A DNA stretch of 64,000 nt from a plasmid: sequence record NZ_CP044080.1. One strand, written 5' to 3'. The notes beneath the pieces were generated by a model. The model was not told the origin of the DNA, made no database searches, and worked only from the letters and a program-made list of their open reading frames with translations. Shown piece by piece: positions 1 to 9,429 of the stretch; positions within the stretch are counted from its first letter, which is position 1, and each line of letters starts with the position of its first letter. The position numbers and the translations under genes are program-made.

Positions 1-977
1 TATTCGGCCGTCAGCACCCTGGCCGCGCCGTCGATGGCTGACAGGTCGCCCTCTTCCTCGACCGTCTCGCCGCCCTGGGCGGCGGCCTCGGCGAAGGCCG
101 CGAACATCTGGGTGGAGCTGCGCGTTTCCGCCTTGCTGTCGTCCCATTCCAGGATCAGCGCGTCGCGGCCCTTCAACGCGGCATAGGTGTTGGTCGCATA
201 GACCGCCACGCCCGAGGGCACGGTCCGCACCATCTCGACCCCTTTCACCGCCAGGGCGGCGCTGTCGTCCACGCGGGCCAGGGTCGCGCCGAACCGGGGC
301 GGATGCGCCACCACCACGGTCAGCATCCCGTCGCGATAGACATCCAGGGTGAACTGCGCGGTGCCGGTGGATTTCGACGCGCTGTCCAGCTTGGGCCGGT
401 TGGTGCCGATCAGCACGAAATCGGCGGGGGCCTTGACCGGCGGGTCTTCGGGCACCGGCTGGCGGGCGGCGGCGGTCGACAGCGCGCCGAAGCCGGACGA
501 CCGGCCCGAGGCCTCATGCGCGACGACCCCCGCCTTGACGGTGATCTCGGAGGCGGGGACGCCCCATTCCTCGGCGGCAGCGGCGACCAGCATGGCGCGG
601 GCGGCGGCGCCGGCCTTGCGCATCTGCATGAAGCTGTTGGCGATGGCGGTGGACCCCCCGGTCCCCTGCGCCCCGAAGGCCAGATTGGCATACAGCGTGT
701 CGTCGGCGGGCGCGCCTTCGGCCCGCATCTGCGACCAGTCGGCGTCCAGTTCCTCGGCCACCAGGGTCGCAAGGCCGGTATAGGGCCCCTGCCCCATCTC
801 AAGGTGCTTGATCATCACCGTGACCAGATCGTCGGTCCCGATGCGGATGAAGGCATTGGGCGCGAATGGCCCGGCCACCGTCACCTGCGCGCGGCCCCGG
901 CCGACCGGAAGCGCCAGCGCCAGCAACAGCCCTGTCCCACCTGCCAGGAAACCCCGGCGCGTCGTCTGCACGGTCAC
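1..977 (-). CDS. Molybdopterin-dependent oxidoreductase large subunit (IorB/aldehyde oxidase-xanthine dehydrogenase family), N-terminal part; C-terminus lies left of the window
   Basis: Minus-strand frame from a GTG at 977 reads VTVQTTRRGFLAGGTGLLLALALPVGRGRAQ (twin-Arg signal) then FAPNAFIRIGTDDLVTVMIKHLEMGQGPYTGLATLVAEELDADWSQMRAEGAP, typical of IorB-like subunits. It starts 2 nt after the stop of the 2Fe-2S subunit and is open to position 1, so it is absent from the ORF track. Confidence 0.7.
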   Translation of the reverse strand, partial: MTVQTTRRGFLAGGTGLLLALALPVGRGRAQVTVAGPFAPNAFIRIGTDDLVTVMIKHLEMGQGPYTGLATLVAEELDADWSQMRAEGAPADDTLYANLAFGAQGTGGSTAIANSFMQMRKAGAAARAMLVAAAAEEWGVPASEITVKAGVVAHEASGRSSGFGALSTAAARQPVPEDPPVKAPADFVLIGTNRPKLDSASKSTGTAQFTLDVYRDGMLTVVVAHPPRFGATLARVDDSAALAVKGVEMVRTVPSGVAVYATNTYAALKGRDALILEWDDSKAETRSSTQMFAAFAEAAAQGGETVEEEGDLSAIDGAARVLTAE

Positions 978-979
978 GA

Positions 980-1438
980 TCAGCCCTCCAGCGTCCGGGC
1001 GGCGTCGTGGATGGCCTGCCGGATCCGCACATAGGTGGCGCAGCGGCAGATGTTTCCCGCCATCGCGTTGTTGATGTCCTCGTCGCTGGGCTGCGGGATC
1101 TGTTGCAGGAGGGCGGTCGCCGACATGACCTGCCCCGACTGGCACCAGCCGCATTGCGGCACGTCGATGGCCGTCCAGGCTGCCTGCACGGCGGCGACCT
1201 CGGGGCCTTCCATGCCCTCGATGGTGGTGACCTCGCTGCCCTCGATCATGCCGATGGGGGTCACGCAGGACCGCCGGGGCATCCCGTCCAGCATCACCGT
1301 GCAGGCACCGCATTGGGCGATGCCGCAGCCGAACTTGGTGCCGGTCAGGCGCAGTTCGTCGCGCAGAACCCACAGCAGCGGCGTTTCGGGATCCACGTCC
1401 AGATCGTGATCCCGGCCATTCACACGAAGTCGCGTCAT
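980..1438 (-). CDS. (2Fe-2S)-binding small subunit of the aldehyde oxidase/isoquinoline oxidoreductase family (IorA-like)
   Basis: CGxGxCGAC and C-x-C Cys motifs ([21 protein letters not shown]) mark the 2Fe-2S Fer2 + Fer2_2 architecture. The ATG at 1438 (MTRLRVNG) is preferred over the upstream ATG at 1450. It is translationally linked to the downstream large subunit. Confidence 0.85.
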   Translation of the reverse strand: MTRLRVNGRDHDLDVDPETPLLWVLRDELRLTGTKFGCGIAQCGACTVMLDGMPRRSCVTPIGMIEGSEVTTIEGMEGPEVAAVQAAWTAIDVPQCGWCQSGQVMSATALLQQIPQPSDEDINNAMAGNICRCATYVRIRQAIHDAARTLEG

Positions 1439-1581
1439 CCCTGGCCTCATTCGCTGGGTCCGGGAATGATGGCCCCCCTGTCCCTCAGGTCAAGCGAAAA
1501 GCTGCCCCGGCGCGTGGCAGAGCCCATTGCGCGCGGCCAGGATCGGGCGCAAGCTGAACTTTCCTCAAAGGAAAGATTGCC

Positions 1582-2226
1582 GTGGCCAAGACCTCCAGTC
1601 CTGCGAAGACCCTGACCCAGAACCCCCATGCCCTGCGCGACACGCCCGAGCGCAACCTGGAAGTCGCGATCGGTCGCGCCGTGCGCGAGCTGCGCAAGCG
1701 CCAGCGCATGACCGGGTCGGACCTGTCGGCGCAGACCGGGATTTCCATCGGCATGCTGTCCAAGATCGAGAACGGGGTGATCTCGCCCTCGCTCGGCACC
1801 TTGCAGGCGCTGGCCAATGCGTTGCGCGTGCCGCTGGTCCAGCTTTTCGCCGGCTTTGCCGAGCCGCGCGGCGCGATGCACGTCAAGGCGGGCCAGGGTG
1901 TCGAGATCGAGCGCCAGGGCACCCGCGCCGGCCACCAGTATCACCTGCTGGGCCATATCGGGTCGAACAACTCGGGCGTGGTGGTCGAGCCCTATCTGAT
2001 CGTGCTCAGCGCAGAAAGCGACCGCTTCCCGACCTTCCAGCACGAGGGGATCGAGATGCTGTACATGCTGGACGGAATCGTCGGCTATCGCCATGGCGAA
2101 CAGGTTTATCGGCTTGAGCCGGGCGACACGCTGCTGTTCGACGCCGATGCGCCGCATGGGCCGGTGGACCTGATCTCGCTTCCGGCGCGCTATCTGTCGG
2201 TCATCACCTATCCGCAATCCCGCTGA
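1582..2226 (+). CDS. XRE-family HTH transcriptional regulator with C-terminal cupin domain
   Basis: GTG start with an aaggaaag SD. The N-terminal HTH_3 motif (LRKRQRMTGSDLSAQTGISIGMLSKIENG) is followed by a cupin-like beta-barrel C-terminus. It is divergent from the iorAB-like operon. Confidence 0.8.
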   Translation: MAKTSSPAKTLTQNPHALRDTPERNLEVAIGRAVRELRKRQRMTGSDLSAQTGISIGMLSKIENGVISPSLGTLQALANALRVPLVQLFAGFAEPRGAMHVKAGQGVEIERQGTRAGHQYHLLGHIGSNNSGVVVEPYLIVLSAESDRFPTFQHEGIEMLYMLDGIVGYRHGEQVYRLEPGDTLLFDADAPHGPVDLISLPARYLSVITYPQSR

Positions 2227-2234
2227 ACGGGAAA

Positions 2235-2257
2235 GGGGCCGGGATGAACCCGGCCCC
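2235..2257. terminator. GC-rich hairpin between convergent genes, a putative bidirectional terminator
   Basis: ggggccggg-atgaa-cccggcccc is a perfect 9-bp stem followed by a TTTCCC run on the minus strand. It lies between the XRE regulator stop (2226) and the amt stop (2278). Confidence 0.55.
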
Positions 2258-2277
2258 CCAAAGCAGGGCATAGGGTG

Positions 2278-3666
2278 TCAGCCCGGCTGCCCGGCGGGCG
2301 CGACGGCAGGACGCGCGGCGGCGGGCGCGTGTTCGACGGGCTGGCTGGGTGCCCCGGCATAGACGCCATCGCCCAGGCGATAGCCGACCTCGCCATGCTC
2401 GCCCGTGTCCAGGCCGTCGAACTCGACTTCCGGGTCGACGCGCAGCCCGACCAGCGCATCCGCCACCTTCAGCGCGATCCAGGTGGTGACCAGCGACACG
2501 CCGATGCTGAAGCCCATGATCAGGACCTGCGGCACCATCTGGGACAGCATCGTGCGCCCTTCGGGATAGCCCAGGCCGCCAAGCGCGGGGGCGGCGAAGA
2601 TCACGGTCAGGATGCCGCCCACCGCCGCGCCGACGCCGTGGACGCCGAACACGTCGAAACTGTCGTCATAGCCGAAGCGGCGCTTGACGCTTTCGACGGC
2701 ATAAAGGCAGACCGGCGCGGTCAGGAACCCGACCGCGATGGCGCCCGCGGGTCCGACAAAGCCGCAGGCCGGGGTGATCGCGACCAGCCCGGCGATGCAG
2801 CCCGACAGCAGGCCGAAGGTGCTGGGGCGCTTGCGATGCACCCATTCCGTCGCCATCCAGCCAAGCGCGCCGCCGGCCCCGCCCAGGGCGGTGTTCAGCA
2901 TGACCAGCGTGGCAAAGCCGTTCGCCGCCAGTGCGCAGCCGCCGCAGAAGGCCAGCCAGCCCACCCACAGCATGGCGCCGCCGGTATAGGTCATCGTCAT
3001 GTTGTGGGGCGCCATCATCGCGGTGCCGTAGCCCTGGCGCGGCCCCACGACCAGCGCGCAGACCAGCGCCGCCATGCCGGCGTTCAGGTGGACGACGTTG
3101 CCGCCCGCGAAGTCCTGCACCGCCAAGCCAAAGACCCAGCCGCCGCCCCAGGCCATGTGCGCCATCGGCACATAGTTGATCGTCAACCAGACCGCCATGA
3201 AGATCAGCACGGCCGAGAACTTCATCCGCTCGGCGAAGGCGCCGACGATCAGGGGCGGGGTGATCGCGGCGAACATCATCATGAACAGGACATACAGGTA
3301 TTCGGGGATGGTCCCGACCAGGCTGTCCTGGGTGATGCCCGACAGGAACATCTTGCCGGTGCCGCCGATCACCGCCATCCAGGAGGACGGCGCAAAGGTC
3401 AGCGAATAGCCGAACAGGATCCACAGCACGCAGACCAGCGCGATGGTGGCCAGGATATGGGTCATCACCGACAGCACGTTCTTGCTGCGGGCCATGCCGG
3501 CATAGAACAGGCCCAGGCCGGGCAGCATCATCAGCATGACGATCATCGCGCAGGCGGCGACAAAGGCGGTGTCGCCGCTGTCCAGCGCCGGCTCGGCCGT
3601 CTGGGCCAGGGCCCCCAGCGGCAGGGCGGTGGCGGCCAGGGCCGCCAGGGCAGTCTTGAGGTTCAT
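2278..3666 (-). CDS. amtB: Ammonium/methylammonium transporter, Amt family, with signal peptide
   Basis: 462 aa with an N-terminal signal (MNLKTALAALAATALPLGALA), 11 or more hydrophobic helices and Amt signature segments (DFAGGNVVHLNAG, GAIAVGF). It is divergent from mgsA. Confidence 0.9.
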   Translation of the reverse strand: MNLKTALAALAATALPLGALAQTAEPALDSGDTAFVAACAMIVMLMMLPGLGLFYAGMARSKNVLSVMTHILATIALVCVLWILFGYSLTFAPSSWMAVIGGTGKMFLSGITQDSLVGTIPEYLYVLFMMMFAAITPPLIVGAFAERMKFSAVLIFMAVWLTINYVPMAHMAWGGGWVFGLAVQDFAGGNVVHLNAGMAALVCALVVGPRQGYGTAMMAPHNMTMTYTGGAMLWVGWLAFCGGCALAANGFATLVMLNTALGGAGGALGWMATEWVHRKRPSTFGLLSGCIAGLVAITPACGFVGPAGAIAVGFLTAPVCLYAVESVKRRFGYDDSFDVFGVHGVGAAVGGILTVIFAAPALGGLGYPEGRTMLSQMVPQVLIMGFSIGVSLVTTWIALKVADALVGLRVDPEVEFDGLDTGEHGEVGYRLGDGVYAGAPSQPVEHAPAAARPAVAPAGQPG

Positions 3667-4009
3667 GGCATGGTTCCCGTGTCCAGAAGATCGCTCCCAG
3701 CATCGGCGCGAGACTGCCGTCGCCGCAAAGTTTCCTGAAGATCAAGATTGTTGTGCATCAGGAATTGCGCCGATGCGCCGCAAAATGCGCCAGCCTGCCC
3801 GCGCGGCGGTCATCCTGTGAAATCCGGCGGGCGAATCGCGCCATCATACCTTCCCTGCCTGTTTTCCCGTCCCCGGATGCGCTCTGCCGCCCGTTTCCTG
3901 ATCACATGGCGGCTTGGCGGAAGTGCAGGGTGTTTCCCATAATTTTCCTGTTGCGAATTTAATTTTCGTGTAAGTTATATGAGGAAACCCGAACATGACG
4001 GAGACGAAG

Positions 4010-4897
4010 ATGTGCGGCATCGTAGGCCTGTTCCTGAAAAAGGAAGAACTGCGCCCGAAACTTGGTGAGTTGCTGACCGACATGCTGGTCACCATGACCG
4101 ACCGCGGACCCGACAGCGCGGGCATCGCGATCTATGGCGACGAGGCCGGCCGGCTGAAGCTGACCGTCCAGTCGGACACGCCCGAGGCGACCTTCCACGG
4201 CCTTGACGTGGCGCTGTCCCATGCGATCGAAAGCCCGGTCGCGATGCGCGTGATCGACACCCACGCCGTCCTGACCCTGCCGGAGGCGGCCGAGGCGCAG
4301 GCCCGCGCCTATCTGGCCGAAAAGGGCATTCGCGTTATGGGCGCGGGCCATGCGATGGAGATCTACAAGGAGGTCGGCCTGCCCCGCGACGTGGCTCGGC
4401 GGTTCCAGCTGCGCGGCATGGCCGGCAGCCACGGCATCGGCCATACCCGCATGGCGACCGAAAGCGCGGTGACGACGCTGGGGGCGCATCCGTTCTCGAC
4501 CGGCACGGACCAGTGCCTGGTGCACAACGGGTCGCTCTCGAACCACAACCAGATGCGCCGCGTGCTGTCGGAAAAGGGCTTCGCCCCCCAGACCGCGAAC
4601 GATACCGAGGTCGCCGCCTGCTACATCTCGTCCCGCCTGGCCGAGGGCGCGAACCTGGGCGAGGCGCTGGAAGGCACGCTGAAGGACCTGGACGGGTTCT
4701 TCACCTTTGTCGTCGGCACCAGGAACGGCTTCGGCGTGGTGCGCGACCCCATCGCCTGCAAGCCCGCCGTGATGGCCGAGACCGAGGATTACGTCGCCTT
4801 CGGCAGCGAATACCGCGCACTGGCCAACCTGCCCGGGATCGAGACCGCCCGCGTCTGGGAACCCGAACCCGCCACCGTCTATTTCTGGGAACGCTGA
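4010..4897 (+). CDS. mgsA: N-methylglutamate synthase subunit A (class-II glutamine amidotransferase domain)
   Basis: MCGIVGLF gives an N-terminal nucleophile Cys directly after Met, with a GGAGA SD 6 nt upstream of the ATG at 4010; the track ORF starts at 3995 (MTETK). The GATase_2 fold is followed by the GXGXG and FMN subunits and gmaS. Confidence 0.85.
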   Translation: MCGIVGLFLKKEELRPKLGELLTDMLVTMTDRGPDSAGIAIYGDEAGRLKLTVQSDTPEATFHGLDVALSHAIESPVAMRVIDTHAVLTLPEAAEAQARAYLAEKGIRVMGAGHAMEIYKEVGLPRDVARRFQLRGMAGSHGIGHTRMATESAVTTLGAHPFSTGTDQCLVHNGSLSNHNQMRRVLSEKGFAPQTANDTEVAACYISSRLAEGANLGEALEGTLKDLDGFFTFVVGTRNGFGVVRDPIACKPAVMAETEDYVAFGSEYRALANLPGIETARVWEPEPATVYFWER

Positions 4898-4898
4898 A

Positions 4899-5582
4899 AT
4901 GCAGACCATCGACCTGTCATCGACGACCCTGCGCGACCTGAACAGCGCCTTGCAGGCGCAGGCCGCGCAGACCAACCAGACCGAATGGGTGGTCGAGAAC
5001 CCCAAGGGCGCCCATGCCATCGCGGTCGGCCTCGATGCGCCCATCGAGGTCACCGTCAAGGGTTCGACCGGCTATTACTGCGCCGGCATGAACAAGCAGG
5101 CCACCGTCCGGGTCACCGGCTCGGCCGGGCCGGGGGTGGCGGAAAACATGATGTCGGGCACCGTCATCATCGACGGCGACGCCAGCCAGTACGCGGGCGC
5201 CACCGGCCACGGCGGGCTTCTGGTCATCAAGGGCAACGCCAGTTCGCGCTGCGGCATTTCGATGAAGGGCATCGACATCGTGGTGTTCGGCAACATCGGC
5301 CACATGTCGGCCTTCATGGCGCAATCGGGCAATCTGGTCGTGCTGGGCGATGCCGGCGACGCGCTGGGGGACAGCCTTTACGAGGCGCGACTGTTCGTGC
5401 GCGGTTCGGTGAAATCGCTCGGCTCGGACTGCATCGAGAAAGAGATGCGCCCCGAACATATCGAGATCCTCAGGGACCTGCTGCAGCGCTCGGGCGCCGA
5501 TGCCGACCCTTCGGAATTCAAGCGATACGGCTCGGCCCGGACGCTTTACAACTTCCACGTCGATCACGCCGGTGCCTATTGA
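4899..5582 (+). CDS. mgsB: N-methylglutamate synthase subunit B (GXGXG-motif glutamate-synthase C-terminal-like domain)
   Basis: 227 aa, Gly-rich beta-helix (GSAGPGVAENMMSGTVIIDGDASQYAGATGHGGLLVIKGNA). The start is 1 nt after the mgsA stop. Confidence 0.85.
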   Translation: MQTIDLSSTTLRDLNSALQAQAAQTNQTEWVVENPKGAHAIAVGLDAPIEVTVKGSTGYYCAGMNKQATVRVTGSAGPGVAENMMSGTVIIDGDASQYAGATGHGGLLVIKGNASSRCGISMKGIDIVVFGNIGHMSAFMAQSGNLVVLGDAGDALGDSLYEARLFVRGSVKSLGSDCIEKEMRPEHIEILRDLLQRSGADADPSEFKRYGSARTLYNFHVDHAGAY

Positions 5583-6919
5583 TGAGGGACATCATGGACA
5601 AGACCCCGCAAACCAAGCCGCGCGACAGCTGGACCTTTTCGCCGTCCGTGAACGCCGAAATCCGCCGCGCTGCCGAAACCGGCATCTACGACATCCGGGG
5701 CGGCGGGGCCAAGCGGCGGGTGCCGCATTTCGACGACCTGCTGTTTCTGGGCGCCTCGATCAGCCGCTATCCGCTGGAAGGCTACCGCGAGAAATGCGAC
5801 ACCTCGGTCGTGCTGGGCACGCGCTTTGCGAAAAAACCGATCGAACTGAAGATCCCGATCACCATCGCCGGCATGAGCTTCGGCGCGCTGTCCGGCCCCG
5901 CGAAAGAGGCGCTGGGGCGCGGCGCCACCCTGGCCGGCACCTCGACCACCACCGGCGACGGCGGCATGACCAACGAGGAACGCGGGCATAGCGAAAAGCT
6001 GGTCTATCAGTACCTGCCCTCGCGCTACGGCATGAACCCCGACGACCTGCGCCGCGCCGATGCCATCGAGATCGTCGTGGGCCAGGGCGCGAAGCCCGGC
6101 GGCGGCGGCATGCTCCTGGGCCAGAAGATCACCCAGCGGGTGGCGAACATGCGCAACCTGCCGGTGGGCATCGACCAGCGGTCGGCCTGCCGCCACCCGG
6201 ACTGGACCGGACCGGATGATCTGGAAATCAAGATCCTGGAACTGCGCGAGATCACCAACTGGGAAAAGCCGATCTATATCAAGGTGGGCGGCGCCCGGCC
6301 CTATTACGACACCGCCCTGGCGGTGAAGGCCGGGGCCGATGTGGTGGTGCTGGACGGCATGCAGGGCGGCACCGCCGCGACCCAGGACGTGTTCATCGAA
6401 AACGTCGGCCAGCCGACGCTGGCCTGCATCCGCCCCGCGGTGAAGGCGCTGCAGGACCTGGGCATGCACCGCAAGGTGCAGCTGGTCGTCTCGGGGGGCA
6501 TCCGCTCGGGCGCGGACGTGGCCAAGGCGTTGGCACTTGGCGCGGATGCGGTGGCCATCGGCACCGCCGCGCTGATCGCGCTGGGGGAAAACGACCCCAA
6601 GTGGGGCGACGAATATGCCGCGCTTGGCACCACCGCCGATGCCTATGACGACTGGCACGAAGGCCGCGACCCCGCCGGCATCACCACCCAGGACCCCGAG
6701 CTGATGGCCCGCTTCGACCCGGTCGAGGGCGCGCGCCGGCTGCGCAATTACCTTGCGGTCATGACCCTGGAATGTCAGACAATCGCGCGCGCCTGCGGCA
6801 AGAGCCATGTCCACAACCTCGAGCCCGAGGACCTTTGCGCCCTGACCATCGAGGCGGCCGCCATGGCGGGCGTGCCGCTGGCCGGCACCAGCTGGATCCC
6901 CGGTCAGGGCGGCTTCTGA
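5582..6919 (+). CDS. mgsC: N-methylglutamate synthase subunit C (FMN-dependent glutamate-synthase central domain family)
   Basis: The ATG overlaps the mgsB stop (TGATG). GltS_FMN-like motifs are present (IVVGQGAKPGGGG, SGGIRSGADVAKALALGADAVAIGTA). The upstream part of track ORF 4985..6919 overlaps mgsB and is not coding. Confidence 0.85.
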   Translation: MRDIMDKTPQTKPRDSWTFSPSVNAEIRRAAETGIYDIRGGGAKRRVPHFDDLLFLGASISRYPLEGYREKCDTSVVLGTRFAKKPIELKIPITIAGMSFGALSGPAKEALGRGATLAGTSTTTGDGGMTNEERGHSEKLVYQYLPSRYGMNPDDLRRADAIEIVVGQGAKPGGGGMLLGQKITQRVANMRNLPVGIDQRSACRHPDWTGPDDLEIKILELREITNWEKPIYIKVGGARPYYDTALAVKAGADVVVLDGMQGGTAATQDVFIENVGQPTLACIRPAVKALQDLGMHRKVQLVVSGGIRSGADVAKALALGADAVAIGTAALIALGENDPKWGDEYAALGTTADAYDDWHEGRDPAGITTQDPELMARFDPVEGARRLRNYLAVMTLECQTIARACGKSHVHNLEPEDLCALTIEAAAMAGVPLAGTSWIPGQGGF

Positions 6920-6987
6920 TCTTGACCAGAAGGGCGGGGCACAGACCCCGCCCCGGTTTAATCCTCACCCAACAGGGACCTGATCCT

Positions 6988-8292
6988 ATGACAGATCTTG
7001 TCGAGTTCGCCCGCGAAAAGGGCGTCAAATACTTCATGATTTCCTATACGGACCTGTTCGGCGCACAGCGCGCCAAGCTGGCGCCGGCCCAGGCAATCGC
7101 CGACATGCAGGAAAACGGCGCGGGCTTTGCTGGCTTTGCGACCTGGCTGGACCTGACGCCCGCCCATCCCGACATGCTGGGCATGCCGGATGCGAACTCG
7201 GTCATCCAGCTGCCATGGAAAAAGGAAGTCGCCTGGGTCGCGTCGAACTGCGTCATGTCGGGAAACGGCCCGCTGGAACAGGCGCCCCGCAATGTGCTGG
7301 GCAAGCTGGTCGCCGAGGCCGCCGGCATGGGGCTTGAGGTCAAGACCGGGGTCGAGCCCGAATTCTTTCTGCTGACGCCGGACGGCAAGGCGATCTCGGA
7401 CAGCGCCGACACCGCCGTGAAGCCCTGCTATGACCAGCAGGCGATCCTGCGCCGCTATGACGTGATCGCGGAAATCAGCGACTACATGCTGGACCTGGGT
7501 TGGGAACCCTATCAAAGCGACCACGAGGACGCGAACGGCCAGTTCGAGATGAACTGGAAATACGACAATGCCATGGCCACGGCCGACAAGCATTCGTTCT
7601 TCAAGTTCATGACCCGCGCCGTTGCCGAAAAGCACGGCCTGCGCGCGACCTTCATGCCCAAGCCGATCATGGGCATGACGGGAAACGGCTGCCATGCCCA
7701 TATCTCGGTCTGGACCAGGGACGGCCGGAACGCCTTTTCCGACGACAGCAAGGACCTGAGCCTGTCCGATGAAGGCCGGCATTTCCTGGGCGGCATCATG
7801 AAGCACGCCTCGGCCCTGGCGCTGCCCTGCTGTCCCACCGTGAACAGCTACAAGCGCATCAACGCGCCGCGCACCTCCTCGGGGGCGACCTGGGCGCCGA
7901 ACTCGGTCACCTGGACCGGCAACAACCGGACCCATATGGTGCGTGTTCCGGGCCCGGGCCGGTTCGAGCTGCGCCTGCCGGACGGCGCCGTGAACCCCTA
8001 TCTTCTGCAGGCCGTCATCATCGCGGCGGGTCTGTCCGGGCTGAAGTCCAAGGCCGACCCGGGCCGGCGCTGGGACATCGACATGTATGCCGATGGCCAC
8101 ACCGTCACCGACGCGCCGAAACTGCCGCTGAACCTGCTGGATGCCATCCGCGCCTTCGACGAGGACACCGAACTGAAAGGCGCGCTTGGGGACGCCTTCT
8201 CGGCGGCGTTCATCAAGATGAAGACGCAGGAATGGAACGCCTATACCGCGCACCTGACCCAATGGGAGCGGGATACCACGCTGGACATCTGA
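6988..8292 (+). CDS. gmaS: Gamma-glutamylmethylamide synthetase (type III glutamine synthetase family)
   Basis: 434 aa from the ATG at 6988, with a Gln-synt_C catalytic domain (GVEPEFFLL, NGCHAHISVW, SYKRINAPRTSSGATWAPN). It sits directly after mgsABC, as in NMG-pathway clusters. Confidence 0.85.
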   Translation: MTDLVEFAREKGVKYFMISYTDLFGAQRAKLAPAQAIADMQENGAGFAGFATWLDLTPAHPDMLGMPDANSVIQLPWKKEVAWVASNCVMSGNGPLEQAPRNVLGKLVAEAAGMGLEVKTGVEPEFFLLTPDGKAISDSADTAVKPCYDQQAILRRYDVIAEISDYMLDLGWEPYQSDHEDANGQFEMNWKYDNAMATADKHSFFKFMTRAVAEKHGLRATFMPKPIMGMTGNGCHAHISVWTRDGRNAFSDDSKDLSLSDEGRHFLGGIMKHASALALPCCPTVNSYKRINAPRTSSGATWAPNSVTWTGNNRTHMVRVPGPGRFELRLPDGAVNPYLLQAVIIAAGLSGLKSKADPGRRWDIDMYADGHTVTDAPKLPLNLLDAIRAFDEDTELKGALGDAFSAAFIKMKTQEWNAYTAHLTQWERDTTLDI

Positions 8293-8295
8293 ACC

Positions 8296-8340
8296 AGACG
8301 GGAACTGGATCAACTGGTTCCCTGTCGGGCTGGAAAACCC
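8296..8340 (+). terminator. Two consecutive GC-rich hairpins after gmaS, a putative terminator
   Basis: gggaac-N11-gttccc, then gtcgggc-tggaaaacccct-gcccgac (perfect 7-bp stem). There is no clear U-tract, as is common in high-GC alphaproteobacteria. Confidence 0.4.
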
Positions 8341-8450
8341 CTGCCCGACGCGCTAGACAGGGCTGATCGTTTTATGGGTCCTTTGCCTTGTCGCCGTTGC
8401 CACAGCCGCCGCAATCCCTTGTTCCCGGACGGGCGGGACCGTCCGTGCAA

Positions 8451-9098
8451 ATGGTGGTCGATGTCCTCTGCGCGCGCCTGGCCTCGGGGGTCTATCCGCA
8501 AGGCAGCCGCCTGCCGTCCGAACGCCAGTTGGCCGCCAGCATGCAGGTGGCCCGCAACACCTTGCGCGAGGCGCTGGACATCCTTGAGCAGAAGGGCCTG
8601 ATCCTGCGCCGGGCCGGCGCCGGATCCTTCGTCGTGGATCCCGACCGATCGGACAACGCGCTGCCTGTGGTGGCCAGCAGCGGGCCGCTGCATCTGCATG
8701 TGATGCGCGGCATCCTTGAACCCGAAATCGCCCGCCTGGCCATCCTCAACATGTCGCTGGCCCGGATCGAGGCGCTGACCCGGATCACCGAGGACCTGGG
8801 CCGCACCACCGATCCGGCGCAATTCGCCCGGCTCGAGGAGGATTTCCAGCAAAAGCTGGCCGAGGGCACCGGCAACCCGCTGCTGGTGGCCTGCTACGAC
8901 CTGGTGCTCAAGGCGCGCCGTCAGCGCCATCGCAGCGCGATGCTGCGCCGGCTGCTGACGCCGGACCGGATGGACGAGTTGCGCCGCATCCATGTCGATC
9001 TGTTGGGCGCCCTGGCGTCCGGGGACATCGCCGCCGCGACCGACCTGGTCCAGCAGATGCTGATCGACGAACAACGCCTTCTCATGCAAGAGGGCTGA
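8451..9098 (+). CDS. GntR/FadR-family transcriptional regulator (HTH_GntR plus FCD domain)
   Basis: GntR HTH signature (RLPSERQLAASMQVARNTLREALDILEQKGLILRRAGAGSFV) followed by an all-helical FCD-like domain. The ATG at 8451 is chosen over the TTG at 8388. Confidence 0.8.
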   Translation: MVVDVLCARLASGVYPQGSRLPSERQLAASMQVARNTLREALDILEQKGLILRRAGAGSFVVDPDRSDNALPVVASSGPLHLHVMRGILEPEIARLAILNMSLARIEALTRITEDLGRTTDPAQFARLEEDFQQKLAEGTGNPLLVACYDLVLKARRQRHRSAMLRRLLTPDRMDELRRIHVDLLGALASGDIAAATDLVQQMLIDEQRLLMQEG

Positions 9099-9429
9099 CC
9101 GCCCCGGCCGGCCCCATCCCGGCCCGCTGCTGCCACAAAAGGCCAAGCGCCTGCATCTCGCACAGCAGCAGGGGTTCGTGCCGGTCCAGCCAGCCCAGGA
9201 CCGAGCGAAAGCCCGCGATGCGCGCGACGCCCTGGGTCACGCGCACGACGGGCCAACTGCCGATCAGGGCATTGTCGATGCCGAACAGCGCCTCGCCGTA
9301 CCAGCGCGCGGGTCCGAACACCTGCATCATCTGGCCGCCGCGTTTCATCGAATCCAGGGCCTTGGCCGGATCGGTGCTGCCGGCGATTTCGACCGCCTGC
9401 TGCCACAGGTCCAGCGCCGCCGCATATTC

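Noticed and set aside
303-1615. Plus-strand ORFs 303..1034, 349..783, 808..1074, 866..1615 and 1035..1409.
   Set aside because: They overlap the minus-strand IorB-like and IorA-like genes, which have clear Tat-signal and 2Fe-2S motifs; the plus-strand translations are low-complexity.
3740-3994. Possible sigma-54 / NtrC-type promoter between amt and mgsA (TGCGCC triplet repeats; AT-rich stretch).
   Set aside because: I could not find a convincing GG-N10-GC (-24/-12) element at appropriate spacing; the repeats are short and GC-rich, so chance occurrence is likely.
8310-9146. A 278-aa minus-strand ORF.
   Set aside because: It is antisense to the GntR regulator gene, whose HTH and FCD signatures are unambiguous; there is no SD or domain.
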